Virus record (IMG/VR): IMGVR_UViG_2603880214_000004
Location: 8,873 to 72,872 of that record
Direction: 5' to 3' (one strand)
Length of the DNA: 64,000 nt
Origin: a virus
Taxonomy: Duplodnaviria > Caudoviricetes
In this document: one piece after another, positions 1 to 9,269 of the stretch
Position numbering within the stretch: position 1 is the stretch's first letter
How the letters are laid out: each line of letters opens with the position of its first letter
The notes under the pieces: generated by a model
Database searches by the model: none
Told to the model about the DNA's origin: nothing
The model's input: only the letters and a program-made list of their open reading frames with translations
Position numbers and translations under genes: made by a program

Positions 1-630
1 ATTCTTATTATGAGTCGGTGTTGGAAAAATAAAATCTCGATTTAAATCTTCCCTAATTCCAACAATAAAAACACGTTCGCGAGCCTGTGGAACGCCAAAA
101 TCTGCGGAATTTACTAAAGTTGGTGTCGCGATGTTGTATCCTTCAAATCGGTTAAGTAAAAAGCGCAACGCACTGCCCTTAGTTTCTTCCTCTGTTAAAG
201 GTGGAAAACCTTCTCCTTTTTCTTTTAACGGGCGATTTTTTAATGGTGAAGATAAAAGCCCTTTTACATTTTCAATTAAAAATGCTTTAGGTTGTAATTC
301 ATGTATTAAATCAACAAATTTTAACATTGCTTGTCCTCTAGGATCATTAAAAGCCTGTCTTTTCCCGGCTGTACTAAAACTTTGACACGGGCTTCCACCA
401 AATAATAAATCAATTTCTTCACTTTCTCCGAGGTTAGCATCTTCTCTAACACGAGAAGCATTATATTCCATTATATCCCCTTGTTTAATATTCCAATTAG
501 GATTGTTAATTTTTAACGTTTCACAATAAACAGTTTCAAGTTCAACTGATAATTTAACATCAAAACCAGCACGATGAATCCCTAAATCTAATCCACCAGC
601 ACCAGCAAAAAATGATATTGCTATTGCCAT
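1..630 (-). CDS. DNA (cytosine-5) methyltransferase, N-terminal part (runs off the window edge)
   Basis: Manual translation from ATG at 630 (SD AGAGGTG): MAIAISFFAGAGGLDLG (motif I), GGSPCQSFS (IV), IENVKG (VI), QARERVFIVG (VIII). Absent from the ORF track because there is no stop in the window. Confidence 0.93.
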   Translation of the reverse strand, partial: MAIAISFFAGAGGLDLGIHRAGFDVKLSVELETVYCETLKINNPNWNIKQGDIMEYNASRVREDANLGESEEIDLLFGGSPCQSFSTAGKRQAFNDPRGQAMLKFVDLIHELQPKAFLIENVKGLLSSPLKNRPLKEKGEGFPPLTEEETKGSALRFLLNRFEGYNIATPTLVNSADFGVPQARERVFIVGIREDLNRDFIFPTPTHNKN

Positions 631-1025
631 AATAAACACCTCTTAATAATCAATAAAAATACTATAACATGTTTTAATTTATCGGTCCACTAGTTTATTT
701 ATATGGATAATTTTAACACTTTAAATTTAATAACAATCTTTTTATTAAAGTATTATTCAAAATTAAAAACATTATCATCATAAAGGAAAAAAGAAGAAGT
801 ATTGTAATATGATAACTATTCATATGTTTATTTACTTCTTATAAGATAATGTTATCATTCATTCTTAAGCTTTTTTCCATTTAGATGTTATTTCTTTTTT
901 GAAAAGGATGTTATACCTTTTTATAACTACTTAATACGTATTAAAAGGTATAATGTGCACATTACCTAAAAAAACACCCAAAGGTGCCCTGAATCATGTT
1001 ATTTTGAAATAATTATATTATTTAT

Positions 1026-1643
1026 TTATTTATTTATTAACTTTAAAATTTCTTTTGTAGCTTCTAACCTAACAGTTTCATCCTCAGAGTTTTTCATTAA
1101 GTATTTTAATGTTTCTAACGACTCTTTAAGTAGATCTTCACTATTCTCAAGTTTAGTCGTTGTTGGCTTTTCACCAGTAATATATTGTTCAATTTCAGCT
1201 TCTTCCCATGTGCCATTAAAACGGCAAACCGTGCGAATGTTTTTAAGTAAAGATTGTATTTTTGCATTAAATTGTTCGAAAGGAACTTCATTTAACCAAG
1301 TAACTGAACGTGTATGAGGCATATAATCTTTGATATAATCTTTATTCCATGTATACTCATTAATCTCCCCTATATGAACTATCCCCTTTTTACGAACAAG
1401 AACTATATCACCAGCATTCATTACAGTAACAAAGGTATTGACCATACTAAAATTGGTTCTAAATGATTGACCTTCATAACTTGGATAGGCAGAGGATAGC
1501 TTTTCACGAATTACATCGGTGGATGCCCCTGTTAAATCGCCAGTTTTGGACCAACCAATCGCGATGAACTCATTCTCGATAAAGCTTTCAAATCGCTCTA
1601 TTTTCTCTGGTTTAGTTCTTAACATGAAAATATTTTTAACCAT
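1026..1643 (-). CDS. PUA/EVE-like protein resembling the N-terminal domain of Mrr/McrB-type restriction proteins, no nuclease domain
   Basis: FIAIGW..GDL, MNAGDIVLV, HIGEI..Y, HTRSVTW pattern; C-terminal helical tail; SD GGAGG. Confidence 0.6.
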   Translation of the reverse strand: MVKNIFMLRTKPEKIERFESFIENEFIAIGWSKTGDLTGASTDVIREKLSSAYPSYEGQSFRTNFSMVNTFVTVMNAGDIVLVRKKGIVHIGEINEYTWNKDYIKDYMPHTRSVTWLNEVPFEQFNAKIQSLLKNIRTVCRFNGTWEEAEIEQYITGEKPTTTKLENSEDLLKESLETLKYLMKNSEDETVRLEATKEILKLINK

Positions 1644-1674
1644 TGTACATTCCTCCCAGGTTTTATATGTAGAA

Positions 1675-1732
1675 CTAATTTATGCATAGTTATAACTAAG
1701 TTGCAACTTAGTTATAACTATGCATAAATTAG
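1675..1732. repeat. Perfect 58-bp palindrome (no loop)
   Basis: CTAATTTATGCATAGTTATAACTAAGTTG|CAACTTAGTTATAACTATGCATAAATTAG; arms are exact reverse complements. Confidence 0.97.
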
Positions 1733-1885
1733 AAATGTTTGTCAAATAAAAAAAGCACTCTTTTTTGAGTGCCTTAAAATCCATATTTTATTAGATTCAT
1801 AAACTTCCTATAAATTAGAATACAAATTATAGAAATGTAGTTATAATCTACTATTTTATTATATATTTTTGGGGAGGATGTATAG

Positions 1886-2173
1886 TGAATAAAGTATATG
1901 AATTTAAAAGTACTGGAAAGTCTATAATCACTATTGATGGGAACTTTATCCGCATAAAAAGAAAAGGATTTGTAAACCTTATGAATCACGGTTTAGATGG
2001 CTGAAGAAATCAAAACATATATAGAAGGAATATTGTCGAATAAGGGGCAAACACAAGTTGCTACAACTGCAAGTGGAGCTGACGAAATATTAAAGTATAA
2101 AGGGTTGTTAGATTAAGGAATTATTACTGAAGAAGAGTTCTAAGGGAAGAAAAAGCAATTATTAGGTATATAG
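1886..2173 (+). pseudogene. Degraded DUF4429/SHOCT-type gene
   Basis: SD GGGGAGG, GTG-NKVYEFKSTGKSIITIDGNFIRIKRKG, then a frame change to SGADEILKYKGLLD*GIITEEEF*GKKKQLLGI (SHOCT motif with two in-frame stops). Confidence 0.7.
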
Positions 2174-2344
2174 AGGAGACGCTCATTTGAGCGTTTTTTA
2201 TTTTATTATCAGGTGATTAATATCATATGTATTATTGTAAAAAAGACCTAGATAATAATTTATTTTAATTGGACTATAGATACTTAAAAATAAATAATTA
2301 AGGTATAATATTTTTTGTGAATAATTGTAGGGAGGGGGAATATT

Positions 2345-3415
2345 TTGTCTACACGTATTTATTTTTCTGATGTTTTCGAAAGAATTTCTCAGTTCATAGG
2401 TGAAGAAGATATTCATATAGATGAGGAATTTTTAAGTTCTCTTTTGCGTTTTCTTTCTAAAGTTTGTAATTATGAAGAAGAAGAAATCAAAATTAGACCT
2501 AAATTAATACTTACAAAGAATATAGAAAAAGTTTTAAAAACAGTTCCTTATCATTTCAAAGTTAAAAGAGGAACGGGAAGAAGTAATGGTGAAGACTTTG
2601 ATAAGATGATAAAGGCTATTATGCCTTTTTGTAATTTAGGATGGTACGTTTATGTTGATTTTCAAGATGATGAAATTGAATATGGGATAATCCGTTCATT
2701 TAGTGGCCCTAAGGGTTTGACTCTAACGGAGACACTATATTCTAATAATCTTAATGAAGAGGGAGTTTCAATAGTAGAAATTTCTGTAGCTAGTAAATTT
2801 GAAATAGATATACAGGGGGTTAAACAGGAAAAGTTAATAATTGATTTTAGATTAGTTAGTGAATGTCAGCAAGATTATCCCACTATAATAGACTCAATGG
2901 CAGGAGATATTGTAGCTAAAATAGATGATCAAGAAACACGTGAAAAATTGATTGATGTATTTAAGAAGTTACTTAGATTACCTCAAGATAGAGTTCATGG
3001 AACTATATGCATGGTGGTAAATGATGATTATTGTTTTCCAAATGACTCTTTATCGGATGGGATTTGGCTTGATGAGCCAATAAACCTCTCTGAATCCGCG
3101 TTATTTGCAATTAATGAAACTAGAGATATTTATTTAGGGGAAAGATACTATGCACTTTCAGGACTATTCATAGAAATGTTAAATATGGATGGTATAACGG
3201 TTATTGATAATAAAGGGAATGTGCGTGGATTTAATGTATTTATTAACAAACAGATAGAAGAGAAGTCGGCAAGATTAATTTCTGGCGGAGCAAGAAAAAG
3301 AGCTTTCTATTCATTGCTTGAGACTGGGGATTCAAAAATTATAGGTGTTTATTTCCAATCTCAAGATGGAGAAATAATGTATAAAAGGATGTGTGATTAC
3401 CGTGACGGAAAATAA
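2345..3415 (+). CDS. Diverged diadenylate cyclase (DisA_N/DAC)-like protein with long N-terminal domain
   Basis: C-terminal HGT..., MDGITVID, GGARKRA, QSQDG correspond to the DAC HGA, DGA, GxRHRA and SExG motifs; SD GGAGGGGG before TTG. Confidence 0.7.
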   Translation: MSTRIYFSDVFERISQFIGEEDIHIDEEFLSSLLRFLSKVCNYEEEEIKIRPKLILTKNIEKVLKTVPYHFKVKRGTGRSNGEDFDKMIKAIMPFCNLGWYVYVDFQDDEIEYGIIRSFSGPKGLTLTETLYSNNLNEEGVSIVEISVASKFEIDIQGVKQEKLIIDFRLVSECQQDYPTIIDSMAGDIVAKIDDQETREKLIDVFKKLLRLPQDRVHGTICMVVNDDYCFPNDSLSDGIWLDEPINLSESALFAINETRDIYLGERYYALSGLFIEMLNMDGITVIDNKGNVRGFNVFINKQIEEKSARLISGGARKRAFYSLLETGDSKIIGVYFQSQDGEIMYKRMCDYRDGK

Positions 3416-4718
3416 TCTTCCAGTTGTATGGGGAGCGAATCAAGGGCTCTCTATTCCAGGACATGAATTGATACAAATAAATAAAGTGGTCGAATATAAC
3501 AAAAGGCTGTACCCTCGTGAGGTACAAACTATAGTAAAAGCCTTTGATAACGAGTTGTACGATATGGCTATTGAGTATACTTGGACAAGAACCTTTAATA
3601 TATTACGTGAAAGGGTCATGTCTTTTGGAAAAGATTTTGTACTAGAAATGTTAGGAAGAACCGATGAGGATACTTTAGATTCGCTTTCTGAGGTAGAAAC
3701 AGTAAGGTTGGCTGCGGATTTAGGAATTATTAATGAAACGGCTAAAATGAGGTTTATGCATGTAATCGAATTAATACAACACTATTCATCAAGAAAGGCG
3801 CCTGAAGGAGAAGCGATTAATACTTTAGATGCTTTAAATAATGTAGGAATATGTGTTCAATATGTATTAGGTTTTGAAGAAGATGGATTTATGATAGAAT
3901 ACTCATCATTTAGAGATAGGTTAAAGACAGAAAGAATCCCTACAGAAGACTCAGTTGTTGAAACTTTAAAGTTGGCTCCTTATTTCTATAAAAGAACGAC
4001 GCTGCGGACTTTGTTGAATCTTATAAAGAGAACAAAAGGCGGTGAACAGGAAAATGTATTTGCCAATATGAGTACCATAGTTCCGGTCGTTTGGGAGGAT
4101 CTTATGTCAGATGACCGCTATCCATTAGGATTCTCTTATGCTGAGGCAATTAATGAAGGAGACCAAAAACTAGTATCTGCTTTTAAATCAGTATTGTTAA
4201 AGGTACAAGGGTTTGATTATGTTCCAGAAGATTTACGTTCAAGATCATTTATTGCTGTCGCAAAAAATTTATTAGATGTTCATTATGGGATTGATAATTT
4301 TTATAAAGAGCCTGCAGCAGCCAAATCATTAATGTCAATGGGAACCACTATACCAAAACCTGCAATTGGAGCAGTCTTGTCTGCAACATTAGCTTGTAAG
4401 ATAGGAAATAGTTATGGTGTATCTAATCTTGCGCAAGCGTCCCTAGATAAAATTCTTGGAACTTTATCCAAGGAGCAATGGGAACATTATTTCAATACTG
4501 TCTTCCCTGCAGATGAAACAATAATTGACAAGCTTATGTATAGTAATGACAAGATGCAAAAAGAATGGACTAAAGTAATTGAAGTTTATTCTTTGGATCA
4601 GTTGAATTTCAAAAATACAAAAATCGGGAATTTGGTTGTAGCATCAAGAAATTCAAAGTATAAACGAGTTAAAATAATTTTAGGTGAATTAAATGAAAAA
4701 ATACGTGGGGAGAAATAG
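3393..4718 (+). CDS. Hypothetical 441-aa helical protein, overlapping the DAC-like gene (possible degenerate HEPN-like N-terminus)
   Basis: Long ORF overlapping the upstream stop; start may be GTG at 3402; downstream terminator at about 4795-4823. Confidence 0.8.
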   Translation: MITVTENNLPVVWGANQGLSIPGHELIQINKVVEYNKRLYPREVQTIVKAFDNELYDMAIEYTWTRTFNILRERVMSFGKDFVLEMLGRTDEDTLDSLSEVETVRLAADLGIINETAKMRFMHVIELIQHYSSRKAPEGEAINTLDALNNVGICVQYVLGFEEDGFMIEYSSFRDRLKTERIPTEDSVVETLKLAPYFYKRTTLRTLLNLIKRTKGGEQENVFANMSTIVPVVWEDLMSDDRYPLGFSYAEAINEGDQKLVSAFKSVLLKVQGFDYVPEDLRSRSFIAVAKNLLDVHYGIDNFYKEPAAAKSLMSMGTTIPKPAIGAVLSATLACKIGNSYGVSNLAQASLDKILGTLSKEQWEHYFNTVFPADETIIDKLMYSNDKMQKEWTKVIEVYSLDQLNFKNTKIGNLVVASRNSKYKRVKIILGELNEKIRGEK

Positions 4719-4794
4719 AATTAACGTAAGATGTGTTTTTTTAATAAAGCCCAATCTTTACTATGAAGTAGCCACTAGAACCATGAGATATACT

Positions 4795-4823
4795 GAGACT
4801 CTGTTAAGTAACAGGGTCTTTTA
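4795..4823 (+). terminator. Rho-independent terminator of the DAC-like operon
   Basis: GAGACTCTGTTA-AG-TAACAGGGTCTT followed by a T-run. Confidence 0.7.
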
Positions 4824-5438
4824 TTATTGCTTGTATAGATAAATTTATTTTTGATTCTATAGAAAGATAATAAAAAAGAGAGCGAATGGGGATATTACCG
4901 CATTTGATAAATCTAGCAAATGAGGATAATTTCCTTTATTATGAAATCAAATTACAGTATATTTTTGTTGTTTTGCAATATTTTCACGTACAATGCAACT
5001 TGCTTAGTAAAACGACCTTGCAGCCGTCCAGAAAGTTCTTCATAAGTTCCTGTGGTTAATACGGTAAAACATGTATAAGAGTACTTCATACAGAAAGATG
5101 CACTATTGCATACCTTTATCCTTAAGTGTGAGAAAGCCTTGATATATAGCTATTTTCAAACTTTCTCAACATTTTTCTGATAACCACACGACTGAATTTT
5201 GGCAAAAATATGATATTATGAAAATAATAAAATAAACGGACGTAAAAAAGACTCACAGCGTGTATAAGTAGTGCGCTAACACTCTTACACCGCTTTCCCT
5301 AATCGCACTAGGGAAAACACTTACTGCAAGTCTTACACAAATTATAACACATCTTTTGAATGTAGTGACGCGTTTTCCTTTGAAAGTTAAAAAATGGGTA
5401 TAACGTGTCTTTTGTTCCGAAAAAAGGGGAGCAAAGTT

Positions 5439-6566
5439 ATGCAAAGTGTTTTAAATAGAATAAACGATGATCTGTATGCACAAAAAATAAGTAACAGACA
5501 GTTATCTACAATGCTAGATATAAGTCACACAACCACTAATGCTATGTTATCAAACAAGAGGGAGTTTGATTTTGTTCATTTTGTTAGGGTATTACAAATG
5601 CTTTACCCTAATGATGTTAATTTACGAAGAGAATGTTTGAGAGGATTTATAAATAAAATCTCTCCTAAAAATGTAAGATTAGGAATGGAATTTTTAAATT
5701 TATATGGTGAACTTGATTTGCAAAATATTTTAGTTGAAAAATCTAACCAATCTTCAAATCGAGTAAATAAACAATTAGCTGAAGTATATGAATTATTGCT
5801 TCGTAGAAGTGACGAAACAATTACAAGGAAAGATTTTCACCAAGAGGTCGAGAAAAAAAGAAAAGAAAAGAAAATTACCAGTAATGAACTACGTATAGTT
5901 TCTGATTTCGCGCTAATTTATTCATTCTTGGACTATAAAAATTATCAAATGGTATTAAAATACACAAAAGAATTAAGAACTTACATCGATGAAATTAAGA
6001 ATAGGTCGTTATCTCACTCTTTCTTGATAAGAGCCAGAGAAATGGAAGCAACAACTAACCATCGAACTAATAATATAGAAGATGCTCGTATGTTGTGCCA
6101 AAAGATAATTAATGATCAAGAGAATATCTATATTGGTACAATAGCTAATGCTTATTGTATTTTAGCGGAAACGTATTCTTTTACAAATTTTAAGATAGCG
6201 AAAATGCTCTTAGAAAGAGGTATTAGACTACTTCATAACCCAACCAATAAGAAGCTAATAATTAGAAGAGCTGTTTTAGAAAACACTCTTGATTTTTTAC
6301 GTCTGCATTGGGGAGAAGAGTTAGATTTGGTGAAACCGCACCATGCAGCAGAATTAGCCTTTCTATACATTAAAAGCAACCGTAAACGTGAAGCTATTGC
6401 GATTTTGGATAAAATTAAAAGGGAAAATGGTTCATTGTCACCTATGCAAGAATACTATATGGGATTGGCGACAGGTAATAAAAAACACTTCGAAATTTCT
6501 ATAGAAAAATTTGAAAAAACAGGAGATTTTTTCTATATTTCACTCCCTAAATATGCCTTGAAATGA
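5439..6566 (+). CDS. aimR: Arbitrium peptide receptor AimR (HTH + TPR)
   Basis: N-terminal HTH, TPR-like body, C-terminal F..TGDFFY..LP; followed by a signal-peptide precursor; SD GGGGAG before ATG 5439. Confidence 0.85.
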   Translation: MQSVLNRINDDLYAQKISNRQLSTMLDISHTTTNAMLSNKREFDFVHFVRVLQMLYPNDVNLRRECLRGFINKISPKNVRLGMEFLNLYGELDLQNILVEKSNQSSNRVNKQLAEVYELLLRRSDETITRKDFHQEVEKKRKEKKITSNELRIVSDFALIYSFLDYKNYQMVLKYTKELRTYIDEIKNRSLSHSFLIRAREMEATTNHRTNNIEDARMLCQKIINDQENIYIGTIANAYCILAETYSFTNFKIAKMLLERGIRLLHNPTNKKLIIRRAVLENTLDFLRLHWGEELDLVKPHHAAELAFLYIKSNRKREAIAILDKIKRENGSLSPMQEYYMGLATGNKKHFEISIEKFEKTGDFFYISLPKYALK

Positions 6567-6600
6567 TATAATGGAGGCATAAATAGAGGTGGTGAAATGA

Positions 6601-6753
6601 TTGAAATCAAAAATCATTAAATCGATTTTAGCGATTGCCGCTGTAGCTTGTTTTTCTTTTACAGCAGTAAAAACAGAAGATACACAACAGGTTGCAAAAG
6701 TAGAACAGCCTGTACTATATATGCAAGTTGATCCTGGCGGAGCCGGGGGGTAA
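6601..6753 (+). CDS. aimP: Arbitrium propeptide AimP (50 aa; predicted mature peptide about MQVDPGGAGG)
   Basis: Manual translation MKSKIIKSILAIAAVACFSFTAVKTEDTQQVAKVEQPVLYMQVDPGGAGG; signal peptide and C-terminal DPGG motif; SD GAGGTGG. Confidence 0.85.
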   Translation: MKSKIIKSILAIAAVACFSFTAVKTEDTQQVAKVEQPVLYMQVDPGGAGG

Positions 6754-6769
6754 TTAAATAGATATTAAA

Positions 6770-6798
6770 AATGACACTATCATAACGATAGTGTCATT
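6770..6798 (+). terminator. Hairpin downstream of aimP
   Basis: AATGACACTATC-ATAAC-GATAGTGTCATT perfect 12-bp stem. Confidence 0.7.
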
Positions 6799-6901
6799 CG
6801 TGCTTTTAGGGAGTGGAACGCTTTTTAACAAATGTGCAAAAACGTTCCAAATGTGAAAAATTCACAAACTACTATGAAGAGAAAAGGATGGGGTACTTAA
6901 G

Positions 6902-7039
6902 ATGGAGGATTGCAAACGAGGCATACAATCATTAATTGATAAGGCTAAAAATGGGGATAAACAAGCGACTTTAATTTTAAAGGAAATCGACATACTTTTA
7001 AATGAATGCGAAGTGACTATGACAAAGAAAAAAGGATGA
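6902..7039 (+). CDS. Small aimX-position ORF (45 aa), convergent with the repressor
   Basis: MEDCKRGIQSLIDKAKNGDKQATLILKEIDILLNECEVTMTKKKG; lies between aimP and the 3' end of cI. Confidence 0.55.
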   Translation: MEDCKRGIQSLIDKAKNGDKQATLILKEIDILLNECEVTMTKKKG

Positions 7040-7068
7040 TTGTTAGCGGTAACTATCAATCATCCTTA

Positions 7069-7428
7069 CTATTTATCATCTTCTATATCTAATCCAGAAA
7101 TTAACGCTTTTATCTTCTTAATAGCGAATTCTTTAGTTTCTTCATCAAATGTTTCTACACGATTTATATAATGTTTTAGTTCTAACATAACATCTGATGA
7201 TGAAGAATTTTCGTTAGTTTTATTATCTGATAATCCCATAATATAGTCGGTAGATATGTTTGCTAAATTAGAAATTTTAGAAACGGTTTCTCTAGAGGGG
7301 GTCTTTTTACCTGATTCCATAAAAGAAACCATCGGTTTACTAATATCTACACTATCTGCAAACTGTTGCTGTGTATATCCGAGCGACATCCTTATCTCTT
7401 TTATTCTTTTCCCAATTATATTCTCCAT
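7069..7428 (-). CDS. XRE-family HTH phage repressor (cI-like)
   Basis: MENIIGKRIKEIRMSLGYTQQQFA...ESGKKTPS; SD AGGGGAG; divergent from the cro-like gene. Confidence 0.88.
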   Translation of the reverse strand: MENIIGKRIKEIRMSLGYTQQQFADSVDISKPMVSFMESGKKTPSRETVSKISNLANISTDYIMGLSDNKTNENSSSSDVMLELKHYINRVETFDEETKEFAIKKIKALISGLDIEDDK

Positions 7429-7485
7429 AATGCTCCCCTTTTTTATTACCTTAGTATTACCTGATACATAAAATATAACAGAAAA

Positions 7486-7847
7486 GTTGACTCTAAGACA
7501 ACTTAGTTTTTTAAAACCGATTTTTAAAAAACGTTGTTGACTTGTAGTTAACAAATTGGTATTATGAAGACATCGAAAGAAATAAGGGTGGTGCTAATGA
7601 CAAAACTTAATGCAGATCGTGCTAAAGAATTAAGGAAGTCACTAGGTTATACACAGCAATTCGTAGCTGATTACCTATGTTGTTCTAAAAGTGGTATTTG
7701 TTATATGGAAAAAGGTAAAAGGCAACCGAGTCTAGAGAAATTAGGTAAATTATCAATATTATATAGAGTGACGACTGATGAATTATTAGAGTAAAGTTAA
7801 CCCTAGGTTGTCGTTTTTTTGAAAATATAAGTTAACCTATAGTTAAC
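7486..7847. promoter_or_regulatory. Four 17-bp operators, consensus GTTRAC-N5-GTYAAC (7486, 7536, 7796, 7831); the second overlaps the TTGACT-17-TATTAT cro promoter
   Basis: gttgactctaagacaac, gttgacttgtagttaac, gttaaccctaggttgtc, gttaacctatagttaac. Confidence 0.7.
7597..7794 (+). CDS. Cro-like XRE HTH protein
   Basis: KELRKSLGYTQQFVADYL..SKSGICYMEKGKRQPS. Confidence 0.85.
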   Translation: MTKLNADRAKELRKSLGYTQQFVADYLCCSKSGICYMEKGKRQPSLEKLGKLSILYRVTTDELLE

Positions 7848-7953
7848 TATAGAGGGAATGAATACTCATTGGAAGCAAAAAGGAAGATTGTTTATTAATG
7901 AAATACCAACGAAACGCGGAATTATTCCAGAAATGGATAGGGAGGCGATGTAA

Positions 7954-8076
7954 ATGATGGAGGAAAGTACATTATCATTGGCAATTGTATCAGCGGCTAT
8001 ATGTCTATTAACATACCTAGTACACAGAATTGATGTCTGGGATAAAAAGACAGGATGGTCACAAGATGATAAATAA
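7954..8076 (+). CDS. Small membrane phage protein (40 aa)
   Basis: MMEESTLSLAIVSAAICLLTYLVHRIDVWDKKTGWSQDDK; SD GGGAGG. Confidence 0.55.
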   Translation: MMEESTLSLAIVSAAICLLTYLVHRIDVWDKKTGWSQDDK

Positions 8077-8206
8077 ACAGCAACGTGATGAATATGAACG
8101 AAAGAAAATCTTGTGGATTATAAAGGATTTAAGAGCAAAGGGTGTACATAACAGCGCAGATAAGGTTGAGGAAACATACAAGAGGTATATCACTCTAGCT
8201 AAATGA
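8066..8206 (+). CDS. Small phage protein (46 aa)
   Basis: MINKQQRDEYERKKILWIIKDLRAKGVHNSADKVEETYKRYITLAK, overlapping the previous ORF. Confidence 0.6.
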   Translation: MINKQQRDEYERKKILWIIKDLRAKGVHNSADKVEETYKRYITLAK

Positions 8207-8468
8207 TAAAAGCCCTGCAAGGGGATGCAGGGCAAGACTAAGGGTATTGAAGAATTGTCGATTCTAAAAGTAAAGGACTTCTTGGAATGTAATAAGTTTA
8301 ACACGTAGTTCATTAAATTTTTATATAAAGATTTTACAGATTTATGAACACAATAAAATTTGATAAAAGGAGTGATTCATGTGGAAGAAAACAAGAATCA
8401 AGCCCCTGCGGTAACAGAGGCTGTTGTAGAAGTGAAAATTCTATTAAATAATAAGCAAATTTGTGAAT

Positions 8469-8717
8469 CTAACGTTGTACTTCAACTTGACCAGAAATAG
8501 TAGCACTATATCGTTCATGCATACGTTTTCTTAAGTTATCTTCATAAGCTTTTGTCGCTTCTTTTATAACCATTTCTAGACTGCTCTCTGGAGTTAAATC
8601 ATTATACTGGTGCGATTGTTCATGGACGTATTTTAAAACACCGTCAACAATTTCATGATGAGATAGTTTGAAAATATCATCTAAGTCAACACGAATATTT
8701 ATAGTAGTTGGTTTCAT
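8469..8717 (-). CDS. Hypothetical moron protein (82 aa) with sigma-H-like promoter
   Basis: SD AGGAGGTG before ATG 8717; minus-strand GTAGGATTT-N14-GAAT at about 8743-8770. Confidence 0.7.
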   Translation of the reverse strand: MKPTTINIRVDLDDIFKLSHHEIVDGVLKYVHEQSHQYNDLTPESSLEMVIKEATKAYEDNLRKRMHERYSATISGQVEVQR

Positions 8718-9068
8718 AAAAACACCTCCTTCCAGTCTAAGTAATTCGACAGAAAGGAGGGAAATCCTACAAGGATAAGACGCGCATTCGCTTGTCGTAA
8801 TATTCAGGAATTTAATGGTGTTCCCCATCTAGTAAAAGGATTCCTGGATATTTTGATGCGTGAAAGCATCAAAAAAGCCCGTACAGAAGCACAGGCCAGT
8901 TGTTACACATATCGGTAACTAAATTTTAACAAACTTTCAGAAAGTTAGCTATTGAAAAATAAAAAACGCTCGATGGCAACGAGCGATGTAGAGAAAACAT
9001 TCCCTAAAATTAGCTACCCATATTATACCATAAGTTTTCTCTCAGTAAATAAGGAGGAATTCAAAAAA

Positions 9069-9269
9069 ATGATTGAAAATCCAATTACTTACGGAAATCA
9101 TCACGATTCATCAGCAAGAGACTTCATGGATTATTGCCAAGGGTGTGGTGGAGAAATCTTCTACGGAGAAGGGTACCTTGATTTTAGTGGTGATCCAATC
9201 CATACCGAATCCGAATGCATCAAACAGTACGTTGAAGAACATTCGATGAAGAAAGTAGCAGGTGAATAA
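9069..9269 (+). CDS. Zn-binding small phage protein (YqaI-like)
   Basis: MIENPI...CQGCGGEI...H.ESECIKQY; SD AAGGAGG. Confidence 0.7.
   Translation: MIENPITYGNHHDSSARDFMDYCQGCGGEIFYGEGYLDFSGDPIHTESECIKQYVEEHSMKKVAGE

Noticed and set aside
131-385. 84-aa plus-strand ORF
   Set aside because: Antisense shadow of the minus-strand C5 methyltransferase.
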